Source: Octopus bimaculoides (lineage: Eukaryota). Taken from it: DNA of 52,806 nucleotides. Both the position numbers and the translations under genes were made by a program. The notes below the pieces were generated by a model, which had not been told where the DNA came from, did not search any database, and was given only the letters and a program-made list of their open reading frames with translations. The stretch spans positions 87,147,047 through 87,199,852 of the forward strand of contig NC_068986.1 of the NCBI RefSeq assembly GCF_001194135.2, written 5' to 3'. Of the stretch, positions 24,110-37,354 are shown one piece after another; position 1 is the stretch's first letter; every line of letters begins with the position of its first letter.

Positions 24110-25207
24110 CAGGGGAGGTAAAAGCCGCGCACCATTGGGATAACTTATCAAAAATATAATTACATATGAAAATTTTATTTGCAGTTATTTAATTGTTATA
24201 TGTGCTGTTCAAAATGCCCCTCTTCCTTTTCCTGTATAATTCATGAACACGTTGGAGAGGTTGCTCAGTTATTATACTGCATTCGTTTTCAATTCTTTAA
24301 GTTCCACGATATTTCTAGGGCGCGTCTGATAAACAACTGATTTCAAGTGGTCCCACAGATAAAAATCCAAGGATGTGGGGTCTGGTGACCGCGGTGGTCA
24401 TTCAACAGAGCCTGTTCAACCTATCCATTTGTAAGGGAAATAAATGTTAATTTAGAAAGTCACGCATAATCAAATTAAAACGTGGTGCTGCTGCATTTTG
24501 TTGAAAGTACATGTTCGATCATTTTGCTAATGCAGCAATGTAATGTACGTTGCGATTTTGCATCCATCTAGGACTATTATCAGCCCAATAGCAACAGTTA
24601 TGTCTATTGACCTGCCCACTTAAATTAAACATGGTCTCATCACTGAAGAGCATGGAACAATCGCAGTTTCGCAAATACCACTCGCAAAACTCTTTTCGGC
24701 GATCGAGGTCGCCCCCGTACAATTCTAGCACCACATGAACTTTGTAAGAATGGAAGTGATGTCTGTGGAGAATACGCAAAAATTAACCTTTGGTTGGCAT
24801 CTGTCTCTTGACGTAACCTCCGCGTCAATTTTGGTGGGGCTGTTTGTAAGAGTTTCTAAAACAACCACCGTTGATGTTGGACCGGGTGCATTTTTTGGTT
24901 TGACACTTCGAGGGTGGTAAGCGACGCTATCAGTTTCTTTATAACTCATAAGTTGACTCTAACAGTTGATTTATCAGTTGGGGGTCGGTGAAGATTCCAC
25001 CTATTAGATTTCTCTGCAACAGATGTGAGAGCAGCACCTGATTTTCCATACATGAACACTATAAAAACTCATTCATCCTACGTTAGTTTTTCGCCCATTT
25101 TACAGCGACAAAATTGTTTCTGCAAATAAGAAAATATCAGAACAAATTAGACATTTAACACATGATTAATTAACTCTTATAGTGCGTAACTTATGCCTAA
25201 CCTTCTG
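24110..25207 (-). mobile_element. Tc1/mariner-superfamily transposon remnant with D as third catalytic residue (maT/rosa-like)
   Basis: Minus frames HSYKVHVVLELYGGDLDRRKEFCEW...FSDETMFNLSGQVNRHNCCYW and PPRSPDPTSLDFYLWDHLKSVVY. Degenerate terminal repeats CAGGGGAGGTAAAAGCCGCGCAC (after TA at 24108) and CAGAAGGTTAGGCATAAGTTACGCAC. Confidence 0.82.
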
Positions 25208-25381
25208 TGTGTTTGTGTGTGTGTGTTTGCGCGCGAGCGCATATGTATATATATATCTGTATGTCTATATATACAGAAACACACACACACATACACACAC
25301 ACACACACAAATGCATAAACATAGTTACTCACCTGCATATGTAGATGTATATATATATATATATATATATANNNNNNNNNN

Positions 25382-25424
<43 letters not shown>

Positions 25425-25590
25425 GGTGTACTCGTGTACAGGTGTCTCAGACAGTGTTCGAAGAATTTAATTTGTACAGTTATATATATGTATACTCAGT
25501 TGCCCGTAAATCAATAACAAGACACTCTCTATATAAGAAATAGAGCGGTTATATTTTTATATGATCAAACAGCTGAATACTGGTTATGCC

Positions 25591-25709
25591 ATATAACTGG
25601 TCAGAATGTTACCGTTGGTTTCGCTTACGATTCTTTAGCTGAACAGCCGTCAATGTTGCAAAGTGCAATAGTGGCACTAAAACGACGGTAACATTCTGAT
25701 CAGTTATAT
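25591..25709. repeat. inverted repeat / MITE-like hairpin
   Basis: 25-bp arms at 25591-25615 and 25685-25709 with 1 mismatch. Outer TGGTTA/TAACCA also pair. Confidence 0.85.
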
Positions 25710-26248
25710 ACCTTAACCAAATATTCCTTCAATAGGTCTTTAAATTAAGTTTTGAAATATATAGTATTAAGCCATTAACAGTTCAAGAGCTTCCCAATTT
25801 GCTAATGAAATAGCGATGATTTGTTGCAGCGTTTTCCCGTTGGCATCTAACGTTCATGGGAATAAGCGTGGTAAAATATGAATATTTATTTACCCATAGG
25901 TATTCCTAGCATTTTTTAAATTTTGTTTCGTTGGGAAATTGAATGATGGAGGTGCATTTTACCGGTATACGTTAAGGATCGAATCAAGTGATTTCATTTC
26001 TTTTTTAGCAATCCTGTTCGCTCACCTCTCCCAATCTGAAGTATTGTTAATAGTAGCTGAAGGCAAGTAAAATTCTGAGCAATTTTATGCGTAGGCATTC
26101 ATACACACACACGCAAACACACTCACAAACACGCACACACAGAAATGCACACACATACACAAAGCAGCCTGAGGTCGACAGCCTGATAATAATTATTACT
26201 AGAATAATTACTATAATAATTATTCATTCCACATCCAAACATAAGGAC

Positions 26249-26279
<31 letters not shown>

Positions 26280-27291
26280 CATACATATATATACATATAT
26301 ATACATATATATATATATACACACACATATATACATATATATATATANNNNNNNNNNNNNNNNNNNNNNNNNNNNNNNNNNNNNNNNNNNNNNNNNNNNN
26401 NNNNNNNNNNTATATTTACATATATGTATACATATATATTCATATATATGTATATATCTATATATATGTATATATATGAAAATATACATGTATATATATT
26501 TGTGCATGCTTATACATATGTATGCATCTATGAATGTATGTACGTGTGTGTGAGTGTGTGTATGGGTGTGTGTGTGTGTGTGTGTGTGTGTGAGTGTGTG
26601 AGTGTATGTAACGATATTCATAATCCATATTGTATTCGTGCAATAGCACTTAATGACTGGCTGTTGACCTTCTATCATTATTTAAATGACAATATGCCTA
26701 GACACATATTTCCGCCTCTATTATTGACTTTTTGTGAGGGAAATATGCACGAAGCCACATAAATTTCATTTAAGTTTAAATCGGTCCATTCGATGTTAAA
26801 TTCAAAATTTGTGAAACGCTCATATAAATCCAGCTGTCAGATTGTAAATGAACAACTGTAACTCTATTCACTTGTTGAAACGAAATAAAGAAGGCTTTCA
26901 CTATATTGTCTACTCAACTGCATTTAAAGAATTGTTATAATGGTAGCAGTCGACCTTAAACCTGTTTCAACTGAATGTTTTCAAATTGCTGATGCAAGTA
27001 CACAATCTCAATCTCTAATCTGAAGAGCGGAAAGCCGAAAGCGTCTGAAGACCGAGAATGTTATTCATCGAGGTCTTCTGCACACCAAAGCTGGTGTTTG
27101 GTGACAAACATGACTAGATTCGACACACACTCAGCGTACGGCAAGCAGCTGGCGCCGAACATAGATAGATGTGATCTACACTCAACCCGCGTCACTTGTG
27201 TTTCAATGCTTCTTCCAGGCAGATTTGCCTCTGCTGTTCAACTAATATTCTTTTCGTTCCCTGTGATTTTGTTACTTTGTGGAGTGTGAAA

Positions 27292-27850
27292 ATGCCAAAA
27301 AGATCTGCAGATTTCTCTATGGGTAACAGTGAGAAGCAGAAAAGGAAGCATTTGTCTTTGCCTATAGCACAGATTATAGTGTTACTGCAGAAGCTGGATC
27401 TTGATGTGTCTGTGCCGCATCTTTCAGAAGATTACGGTGTGGGAACAGAAGCGGGTTGCTGAAGTTTTGCTGTGATAGGGATGACGAGTAACTAATGATA
27501 AATTGGAAAACATTGCAGAGGGTAAAACAATGAAGATATTGATCGTACGCTCATTGAGTTCGTGTTCAAAAACACTAAACGTCAGCCACTTAGTGGACTG
27601 TGGATCATGAAACAGACTGTAGAAATTTAAGAAGTACTATGGTTTAAAAAATATAAATCTGTGGGGAAAAATCTTGTGATTGTGAAGATTTACATCTGAT
27701 GAAAACCCTAGTCTAGAATAAATTTGCAACGCAAATGAAACAGCTCTCTACTTGCTCTTCGTTCCTAGTATAACATTAACGGTTGATGAGAAAGCAACCA
27801 CATGTCTCAAAGATGCTAAGAACAGGATGACTGTGTTTTGTGTGCTAATT
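27292..27850 (+). mobile_element. pogo/Tigger-family transposase remnant
   Basis: MPKRSADFSMGNSEKQKRKHLSLPIAQIIVLLQKLD...SVPHLSEDYGVG (CENP-B-type HTH), then NEDIDRTLIEF...PLSGLWIMKQ and DEKA...KDAKNRMTV. Frameshifted and deleted. Confidence 0.85.
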
Positions 27851-28080
27851 ATTTCCATATTCAACAGATACATTTTTGGCACAAGTAATGAGCTAGTCGT
27901 TTACATCGAACTTGGCGTTTAATTTGTTCTTATGTTATCAACCCCGCAATGATAAAAGGCAAAGCCCACCAGGGTAGCATTTGACTAAGAATGAGTCTCT
28001 TTCAATAATAAACATTATAGTGTGTACAACTTCAGGGTTCAAAATAAAGGCCTTTAAATGATCCATGGCATTCTCTTTTT

Positions 28081-28359
28081 TACTCTCTTTTACTTGTTTC
28101 AGTCATTTGACTGCGGCCATGCTGGAGCACCGACTTTAGTCGAGCAAATCGACCCCAGGACTTATTCTTTGTCAGCCTAGTATTTATTCTATCGGTCTCT
28201 TTTTGCCGAACCGCTAAGTTACGTGGATGAAAACACACCAGCATCGGTTGTCAAGCGATGGAGGGACAGACACAGTCACACAAACACACATACATACATA
28301 CATACATATTTAAACATTGATTTCAGATCGGAAGANNNNNNNNNNNNNNNNNNNNNNNN

Positions 28360-28405
<46 letters not shown>

Positions 28406-28568
28406 GACGGGCTTCTTTCAGTTTCCGTCTACCAAATCCACTCACAAGGCTTTGGTCGGCCCAAGGCTATAGTAGAAGACACTTGCCCAAAGTGCCACGC
28501 AGTGGGACTGAACCCGGAACCATGTGGTTGGTAAGCAAGCTACTTACCACACAGCCACTCCTTCGCCT
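28081..28568 (-). mobile_element. SINE family A, full length, N-gap inside the internal microsatellite
   Basis: Colinear with 2531-2935. Confidence 0.92.
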
Positions 28569-29719
28569 AAGGAGTTAAATAGTTTATAAATATGTTCGCC
28601 GTTCTTTTGCACCCATTGAATAATTATCCGTTCGGTAGACATTTGCACTCAACCCAAATATGTTCTTTGCTGATTCTAATAAACAAGAGCTCGTACTATA
28701 ATGAGATTCATGGGTCGGAGGTAGCATCGGCTGAAGAGATGCAAAACGAGGTCGAAACATCACAGCATCTCGAAGTCAGCTTACACCGGCGAATCCCACG
28801 AGTTGCAAAGAGGTATTACTTTAAAGGAGGTTTTCTCCGATAGTGAGTGACATCAGCGGTCATCATGTTCACGTTCGAATCTGCTTCAAATATTAAGAAT
28901 AAATAGATAGATGCCTTGTAGTTTGGGTTCTCGCAGTTCTGCGTGTACCCATGTATAACGCGCGCGTGTACACAAACACTCACACACATACATATACACA
29001 CGTACGCACACATACATACACACACACACTCAGACACATACTCACTCCTACATACAAAGACACACACAAAACATATATACATTCAGTCACTTGTCCTCTG
29101 CTAATTAACCCTTGCTCACATTTACCCATCACAATCATATACATACACCTATGCCGTTTCTGTACCTTTAACCTCTGCAGATATTTTTAGCCATACAGTT
29201 CATTTCTCTCTCACTCTCTCTTTCCTTCTCTCTCTCACTCTATCTATCTATCTCTCTATCTGTGCATCTTTCTATCAATCTCTCTATCACTCATTTTCTC
29301 TCTCAATCTTTCTCTGACTCTTCTTTATTCTTTTATTTCTTTCACATTCACCTGATGTTTCTCACTCCCGCTCTATGTGCTTGTAAAGAATTTATTATGA
29401 GTGAAATTTGCTAATACCATGTGTTGAATATATGAATACGACCGAATGTAATGCATGGTTGTACCTTAATATATAACCATATGCATATATGTGCGTTTAT
29501 ATACATACGTGTGTGTGTACCTCTGTACGTGTATATATATAAGATATATACACATACATACTCAGACGTATATGCATACACATACATATGCATATATATA
29601 TTCTCATATATATGTACATACATACATATATGGGGGAATGTTAATTCGTGGATGTGTGTATTATATACATAATGCATGGTTTGCGCATATATATGCGTTT
29701 AATTTGCAGAAGATCTAAG

Positions 29720-29836
<117 letters not shown>

Positions 29837-30655
29837 CATACATACGTACACACACACAAATAACACATATTCACATAGACGTTTCTGTGGAAATTTAAGT
29901 TCGTGTGTGTATGGAAATTGCTGTATGTTTTCAATGTATAAATTAACATTTATACACCTGCGTGTGTGCATGCATAGAACTCTGTGTACGTGTATGCAAA
30001 TTAATATGTAAATTACGTATGCAAATTACAATGTGTGTGCGATTTTCGTATTAGTGTGCAGCATATAATGTACACGTATATACATAAATATACGTACATC
30101 CATACGTGTATCTGTGTATGTATGTATGTATGTATGTATGTATGTATGTATGTATGTATCTGTCCAAATACGCATAAACGTGTACGTATGCGTGTGGATG
30201 CATATGACCAACGTGCACGTGAATGTGTGTCTTTTGGTGTTAGCGAAAGTGCAAGGGAAGGTTGGGTTTGGAACTACCGTTTCTCCACGAAGATATCACA
30301 TCTAAAGTATTATATTTTAACACGAAATCTACGTGGAATTTTCGCACGTTTGATGGTTGCCAGAAAATACTTGTAAAAAAAAACAAAAATGAAGAAACAT
30401 AACGAAAAACGAAATGGAAAGAAAAATAAATAAATAAATAAATATATTCCTCAAATATAATCCAGCATAAACTGCTCTAGTATGATGTTTTATAATTACA
30501 ATGTAACGAGTATTGAATTTTAACTCGTAATTACCATCGTTCACTTTCTCCTGCTATACCCCATTCAGTTAAATAATACATCTTTTTTGCGTCTTTGTCC
30601 ATTAAGGGAAGAAGCAGCAATGATTATAGTAACAACAACAACAATAATAATAATG

Positions 30656-30689
<34 letters not shown>

Positions 30690-30763
30690 CAACAATGATA
30701 AAAGTAAAACCAATAATAATAATATCAAAACTAATAATAATGATTGTAATAATAATAACATTC

Positions 30764-30802
<39 letters not shown>

Positions 30803-30805
<3 letters not shown>

Positions 30806-30843
30806 GCACGTTATAAAAGCACGTTATAAAAATAAAACTACTG
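30803..30843 (+). mobile_element. extremely 5'-truncated copy of the R4/Dong-like element 3' end within (TAA)n
   Basis: 30816-30843 (AAAGCACGTTATAAAAATAAAACTACTG) is identical to 36772-36799. It is preceded by a duplicate AAAGCACGTTATA and has AAT repeats on both sides. Confidence 0.8.
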
Positions 30844-31262
30844 CTGAGTAATAATAATAATAAAACCAATAATATTGATAGTAATAATAATAACAATAAT
30901 GGTAATAATCACAATGTTGCATTCCATTGTCTGCATATATGAATAGAAGTCTAGCTTTATGGTAAAGCGCTATGGTTAAGAACCAATCAAGTGTTGGTAT
31001 CATTGTATTGCATGTATGTGTGTGTGCGTGCGCGCGCGCGATGTGTGTGCACACGTGCGTGCCAATATGTGCGTGTAAATGTGTGTGTGTCTGTGTCTGT
31101 GCACGCGTGTGTGTGGTTTGTGCATGTGTATATATATCCATATGCTTATGTCTCCCATACATATTCGTTGTGTCATTGTCAGATGAATAGGTTTTAACAT
31201 GTATTCTTTGACACAGGTGTGCTTCCTCTCTTGTTGATATTGTCGCACTTCAAATAGTAGTT

Positions 31263-31303
<41 letters not shown>

Positions 31304-32199
31304 GGTGGTGGTGGTGGTGGTGGTAGTAGTAGTAGTAGTAGTTACGTTGTATAGCTTGTACAACTGCAGATATTTTTATGTTTTGCTCAATAGATGATTG
31401 TTCTGGATATGTCATGCACCTAATGACGTTTTACGTATTTTTTTAATATATATTTCAGGATACTTCAAAATATTTGAAGAGATTTCAGGAATATATGAAT
31501 ACATGNNNNNNNNNNNNNNNNNNNNNNNNNNNNNNNNNNNNNNNNNNNNNNNNNNNNNNNNNNNNNNNNNNNNNNNNNNNNNNNNNNNNNNNNNNNNNNN
31601 NNNNNNNNNNNNNNNNNNNNNNNNNNNNNNNNNNNNNNNNNNNNNNNNNNNNNNNNNNNNNNNNNNNNNNNNNNNNNNNNNNNNNNNNNNNNNNNNNNNN
31701 NNNNNNNNNNNNNNNNNNNNNNNNNNNNNNNNNNNNNNNNNNNNNNNNNNNNNNNNNNNNNNNNNNNNNNNNNNNNNNNNNNNNNNNNNNNNNNNNNNNN
31801 NNNNNNNNNNNNNNNNNNNNNNNNNNNNNNNNNNNNNNNNNNNNNNNNNNNNNNNNNNNNNNNNNNNNNNNNNNNNNNNNNNNNNNNNNNNNNNNNNNNN
31901 NNNNNNNNNNNNNNNNNNNNNNNNNNNNNNNNNNNNNNNNNNNNNNNNATATATATATATATATACATACTTACATACACACACGCATACTTTCTTGAGA
32001 GGTGGAGAGAATAATTTGCTGATCTTCTACATACAGTCAAAATAGAATAATCTGGTTGACGCTGATATCATATGGGCGATTAAAGTGTTGAGAAGAATGA
32101 TATTCGACTTGAGATGCGAAACACCTTCGGTTGACTAATGTATGGCAGCTGACTTGAACCTCTGGTAAGACAGCAAAGCAACGAAAATTCGGATTAATA

Positions 32200-32960
32200 A
32201 TCACTTTTTGTTTTAAAAAGGGACACAAGAGAGTGCTCCATTTATAAAGGAATATTCCTGGTGAGTCTCCCCTACGCTTTTATGTCTGGAAAAGAAATGT
32301 AAGATAATTGTCGAGCTCGAGATCATCTGGCTTCCGTTCTGGGCGCAGCATAACCGACTTGATATTCATTCTACAGTTGGCCATCGAGAAAATGCAACAG
32401 TTCTGCCGAGCAATGTATGCTTGATTTGTTGACATCGGGTGCCACAGTAACTGCTCAGGAGGATTTTAGTGGGAGTTTAAGATTAAAGGGCAACTTCTTC
32501 TTTCCGGGAAGTTCCTCTACTAACACTCAGGTTTTTCTCATCGGGTTTATGGTTGTACGACGAAAGATATCTAGTGGGTGTTAGACTTCGTATGGGATAG
32601 GTATTATCATCTCTCCTCTTCATAATTTTTATATACTGTATTGCTATATATCACAGTCGGTGTGTATATGATCGAACGGTTGATATTCACAGATGACATG
32701 GTGCAGCTCATTTGAATGTGATCTCAAGTAAAAACTGAATAAGTTCGCTGCCGTGTGCTGTAAAACAGCATTGGAAGACTGAGACATTGCACCACTCAAG
32801 AAAGGTTTCCAAGGCACTTTGTATGTTGGCTGAACATCATTGATTTAAGTCGAAGAATGTATTTGGTGCTTTATTCACGACTGGTAGAAAACACGAAGTT
32901 GAATTGGAAGCTAGAATTTCAGGCACTGGCACAGCAATCTTCAGCATTTCCCCTGAGAAA
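32200..32960 (+). mobile_element. RTE-clade LINE reverse transcriptase remnant, heavily decayed
   Basis: Motifs in order across frameshifts: FKKG...ECSIYKGIFLVSLP, SGFRSGRSITDLIFIL...EK...FVD, RLIFTDDMV, KLNKFAAVC, EARISGTGTAIF. Confidence 0.8.
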
Positions 32961-33420
32961 GGGTTAGCCGAGGTTGAGTTTCCCCAGAAGGGTCTTTGGA
33001 GTAAAGTTATTCGAGAGTGTGCGTACCTCGCAGATAAAACATCTCATCAGAGATACAGTCACGTGTTTAGAATGACGCAGCAGAGAATTGCAAGACAGAC
33101 ATGTCAAGAAGTAACCAAACATGAGAGAGTTGGGTAAAATCCATTGTCATAGTTGATCCTGAGTAAACACTATGTACGAATGTAAGTTTGCATGTACGTA
33201 TAGACTTATGTATGTATATATATATGTGTGTGTGTGCGTGTGCATAAAAGTACTTCTATATAAGCATATAGAAATATGTACAAACACACAAACGCACACA
33301 TGCACACACACACACACACACTCACACACAAACACACACACAGACACATGTAACCATATATAGATCGTTAGCGACTTTTTCCTCCATCTTCCTTTTCTCT
33401 TGGACTTTGCCCCGCCTCCT

Positions 33421-33455
33421 GCTTCTGACGAACAGCTTTGCTCGAAGCGTAAACC
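33421..33455 (+). ncRNA. degenerate minimal type I hammerhead-like motif
   Basis: GCTT-CTGACGA-A-CAGC-TTT-GCTC-GAAG-CGTA-AACC. The core reads GAAG instead of GAAA and there is one mismatch in each of stems I and II. Confidence 0.4.
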
Positions 33456-33689
33456 TGCCTTTCTTTCTTCCCTTTAGCGTGTGCTATTAATTTGCATGTA
33501 TCACGTGCTCGCGTTGTTATTTTTTCTTGATGTGTTTGTTCTTCGCTTTTTTTTTTTTTTTGGTGGCGGGGAGAAGGGAGGCTGGTATGTCTTCCATAAA
33601 CAACCTTGCCCGGACTTGTGCCTGGGAGGGTAACATTCTAGATGCAATCCCACGGTCAGTCATGACCGAAAGGGGTATTATCATATATA

Positions 33690-34571
33690 CTAGCTGACGT
33701 ACCCGGTGGTTCCAGGTAAAGCGGGGCGTATCCCGTGGTTCCGTTCTCATAATTGTTTCGCCAATCCAATAACAGTACAAATTATTAGCCCTTAAAACGT
33801 TTTCTGTGTATTTATAGAGAATACCGAATTGTCTTACATAGGATCTTGTTTTTAGAAATTCCCAATAAGTTATGAATACCCAAATTCTGAAGTCAGTTAT
33901 GTAATAACATGAAATTAGTTACCCGATAGTAAGAATTCAAATACAGTAGCTCCCGAAATGGGCTTTAATGCGTTCCCAGAGTATATAGAACATAGGAGGA
34001 AATACTAATAAGATATGTATACTTAAATCGTGAAGCATGTTACGTAATAACAAGCTAATCAGATATGAGATAATAACAATTCAAGTAAATAACTCTGAAA
34101 AGGGCTTTTGTGCGTTCCAAAAGAATATTACCCTCACAGGCGCTAGTGTTCGTATATCTGGGAATAAATCACTAATCGAAATAAGTGGATCTATTGTTTA
34201 GGAAAATGCTATTTACTTATTTAATTGCGAAAATAATTCTAAGAATTCAAATACTAAGATATAAGCATGCTCAATTTCATTTGTACCAAATAATTTAGGA
34301 AAATGAAATGGTTATTTCCCTTGGCTATATATAAGGGGCGAATGGGTTATTTCGCTTGGTTTTTCAAATAAAATATATTAGAAATACATAAGGATCCCTT
34401 CCAGGGCCATATTATCAATTTTTTTCAACATCTGAGTATGCCATTGGGTTTACAGACATAAGTTCGACTCCCGTGTTAAGTTTCATCGAAATCGATAAAA
34501 CGATGTAGGAGGAGTTAGCTAACAACTCCACTAACACACCCACAGACAGAATTTCCCACATATGTAGTAGA
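33690..34571 (-). mobile_element. non-autonomous Helitron, ~880 bp
   Basis: On the minus strand it begins A|TCTACTAC (34571) and ends CAGCTAG|T (33690), the canonical TC...CTAG inserted between A and T. A GC-rich subterminal segment has only imperfect stems. Internal degenerate ~140-150 bp repeats lie near 33935, 34080 and 34240. Confidence 0.7.
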
Positions 34572-34774
34572 TATATATATATATATATAGCATACACATA
34601 TACATCTAAGTTTATATATATATATATACATATACATATGCATATGTGCGTATGAATAATTACACACGCATATACATCATATATATATACACACGCATTC
34701 ACACATATATAGACGCCTGTCTGTAAAAGAGAGATGAAGAGTGTGTGAGAGTGAGAGAAAGAGCAAGAGAGATT

Positions 34775-34834
<60 letters not shown>

Positions 34835-34851
34835 AAGAGAGAGAGAGAGAG

Positions 34852-34882
<31 letters not shown>

Positions 34883-35384
34883 AGGAGAGCGCGGAATATT
34901 CCTTACAAATATTTACGTATTTTACTCAGATCACAGATGATAACGAAATAGTTTAGTCTGAATTGAAGGTCAGCATCTTGATGTGTAATATATAAAGAAT
35001 TCAATGGAAACAACAACAACAATGACAACAACAATAATAACAACAACAACAACAACAACAACAGCAGCAGCAACAACAGCGATAATATGAATAGTAATAA
35101 TGATAATAATATCAATAATAATTGATGCTTTTAGTAAAACCCTTTTACTGCCAGGGCTTCCATAAATGGTAACCTGTGACCTACACAATTTGTTGTCTGT
35201 TATATGTTCTTATCTTTTATGCTGAACACAAATGTTTGGTATATTTTTAAGTAATAACACGCAAGAAGGAAACATTGTTGCATACAAATGAACTTATGTA
35301 TTTTGAAGAAAACTTATATTTCTTCCAAATTATAGCTTTCTCTACATAAATTACCATTCTTCACACAGGTAAAATCATTGTTCG

Positions 35385-35420
<36 letters not shown>

Positions 35421-35493
35421 GTTGGGGTGGGTACGTGTATGTGTCTGTGTATGGGGGTGTCTGTGAGTTTAAATGACTGATCAAAGAACATAC

Positions 35494-35577
35494 AAAACAA
35501 TCAACTGGATGGTGGTGAGAACCTGGCGTTATCACCACCGCTTTCTTAACGTTCTTTTTTGCTTTTTCTTCGTCTTG
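35494..35577 (-). CDS. candidate 84-nt symmetric exon of an unidentified gene
   Basis: Minus acceptor CATACTTTCTGTGCAG and donor TTT|GTATGT. The phase 0 frame is open: QDEEKAKKNVKKAVVITPGSHHHPVDCF. Confidence 0.3.
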
Positions 35578-36059
35578 CTGCACAGAAAGTATGGGCGTAT
35601 CGATTACAGTTGGGATTAGTGATTTCCTGAAGTAATACTAATTAAAAATTGATTCTTCTCTACAAATTTGCATGTCAAAAGATGTATAATTAAATCATCG
35701 TTTCGATATATGGAATTAGGTTGGAGTGGAGAAATATAATGTTTCTGTAAAGATGGCTGTGCTTTGAGTACGATATATTGGCAACAAAAACAGTCAATTA
35801 ATCTCTCTATCTCTTCTTCTCTTGCTATTCGTAGCCATAGTTCTGAATATTGGTTTCGAATTTTGGCACAAAGCTAACAGTCTTTTATGATAATAATAGC
35901 AATAATAATAATAGTCAAAACGAAGAGCGCGATTTTAGATGTTTTATTTTTTGAACAACATTTCGACAGAACGTCTGTCTTTCTCAAGTTCAAACCAAAA
36001 GGTGATTGAAAATTCAAAATTTCAGAAACCAAACGTAGACTATGAACGTGAGTAATCAG

Positions 36060-36801
36060 CGTCCATACGTTGATAGAATGACAGAGAAAGAAATAGACAG
36101 AGAAAAATCCCAGCAATGGCTGAGAAGCTCAGGACTCAAAGCAGAGACTGAAGGATTTTTAATTGCTGCACAAGACCAGAGCCTCCCCACCAGAAATTAC
36201 CAAAAACACATAATGAAAAGAAATATAACAAGTAACTGTAGAATATGTGGAGATGGACAAGAAACAATAANNNNNNNNNNNNNNNNNNNNNNNNNNNNNN
36301 NNNNNNNNNNNNNNNNNNNNNNNNNNNNNNNNNNNNNNNNNNNNNNNNNNNNNNNNNNNNNNNNNNNNNNNNNNNNNNNNNNNNNNNNNNNNNNNNNNNN
36401 NNNNNNNNNNNNNNNNNNNNNNNNNNNNNNNNNNNNNNNNNNNNNNNNNNNNNNNNNNNNNNNNNNNNNNNNNNNNNNNNNNNNNNNNNNNNNNNNNNNN
36501 NNNNNNNNNNNNNNNNNNNNNNNNNNNNNNNNNNNNNNNNNNNNNNNNNNNNNNNNNNNNNNNNNNNNNNNNNNNNNNNNNNNNNNNNNNNNNNNNNNNN
36601 NNNNNNNNNNNNNNNNNNNNNNNNNNNNNNNNNNNNNNNNNNNNNNNNNNNNNNNNNNNNNNNNNNNNNNNNNTTCTACGCAAAACACTTTCAATACAGT
36701 AAACATAAGAGCACCACAGCAAACCACAGCACATACCCAAGGCGCACAGAGCTGCGCTCGGTAGTGAAGTGAAAGCACGTTATAAAAATAAAACTACTGA
36801 A
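36060..36801 (+). mobile_element. R4/Dong-like (RLE-type) non-LTR retrotransposon, 5'-truncated 3' portion
   Basis: WLRSSGLKAETEGFLIAAQDQSLPTRNY...CRICGDGQETI is the post-RT region and start of the CCHC finger typical of the R4 clade. After the gap the ORF ends LRKTLSIQ-stop (36700-36702), followed by a short 3' UTR and (TAA)n. Confidence 0.8.
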
Positions 36802-36829
36802 CAATAATAATAATAATAATAATAATAAA

Positions 36830-37330
36830 TGCCCGAATGCAGTACCAGGCAGTGGCTCTCATGGTTTCTGATCTTAATTGATTGGAAGTGTTATCATGTA
36901 CATTGTTTTGTCTTGGTATAAAAGATGGGCTACAGCAAATATTCTGCTTAATACCACAGATTTGCTTGTCAGTTGTTTGACCTTAACCAGTTGAGCATGT
37001 CCTTTGGTGGCTGACGACATGTGCATCTCTGATCACAAGCAGAAGTAGTGGGGGAACATCATAGCCATGTGCTGAGGGGAATTTTTGGTGTTTGTATAAT
37101 TCACATCCTTAAACAACCCTTATTCACGGACCATTTGAGCGGGATGTGCTGACTAGGCCAGCACCTGTAACGTCATGCGCTGTTTATCTTGATACGAAAA
37201 CAACATGTCGCGCACATATGGCTGTGCCTGGTGTACCCTTATCAGGCTTGTAGTCATGATGGATATACTGGGCTTCTTATATTTTACCCCAGTGTCACTT
37301 TGATTGCACGCACTGCTCCCTCACTCATTA
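36830..37330. repeat. unclassified interspersed-repeat-like segment bounded by (TAA)n on both sides
   Basis: Non-coding, GC-richer block between AAT tracts at 36803-36829 and ~37328-37355. No second copy in this window. Confidence 0.35.
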
Positions 37331-37354
37331 ATAATAATAATACTAATAATGATA

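Noticed and set aside
27015-27050. CTGAAGAGCGGAAAGCCGAAAGCGTC hammerhead-like motif
   Set aside because: Stem II register is inconsistent with the core and stem I does not pair.
28728-28775. CTGAAGAGAT...GTCGAAACATC hammerhead-like motif
   Set aside because: Stem II is only 2-3 bp and there is no stem I.
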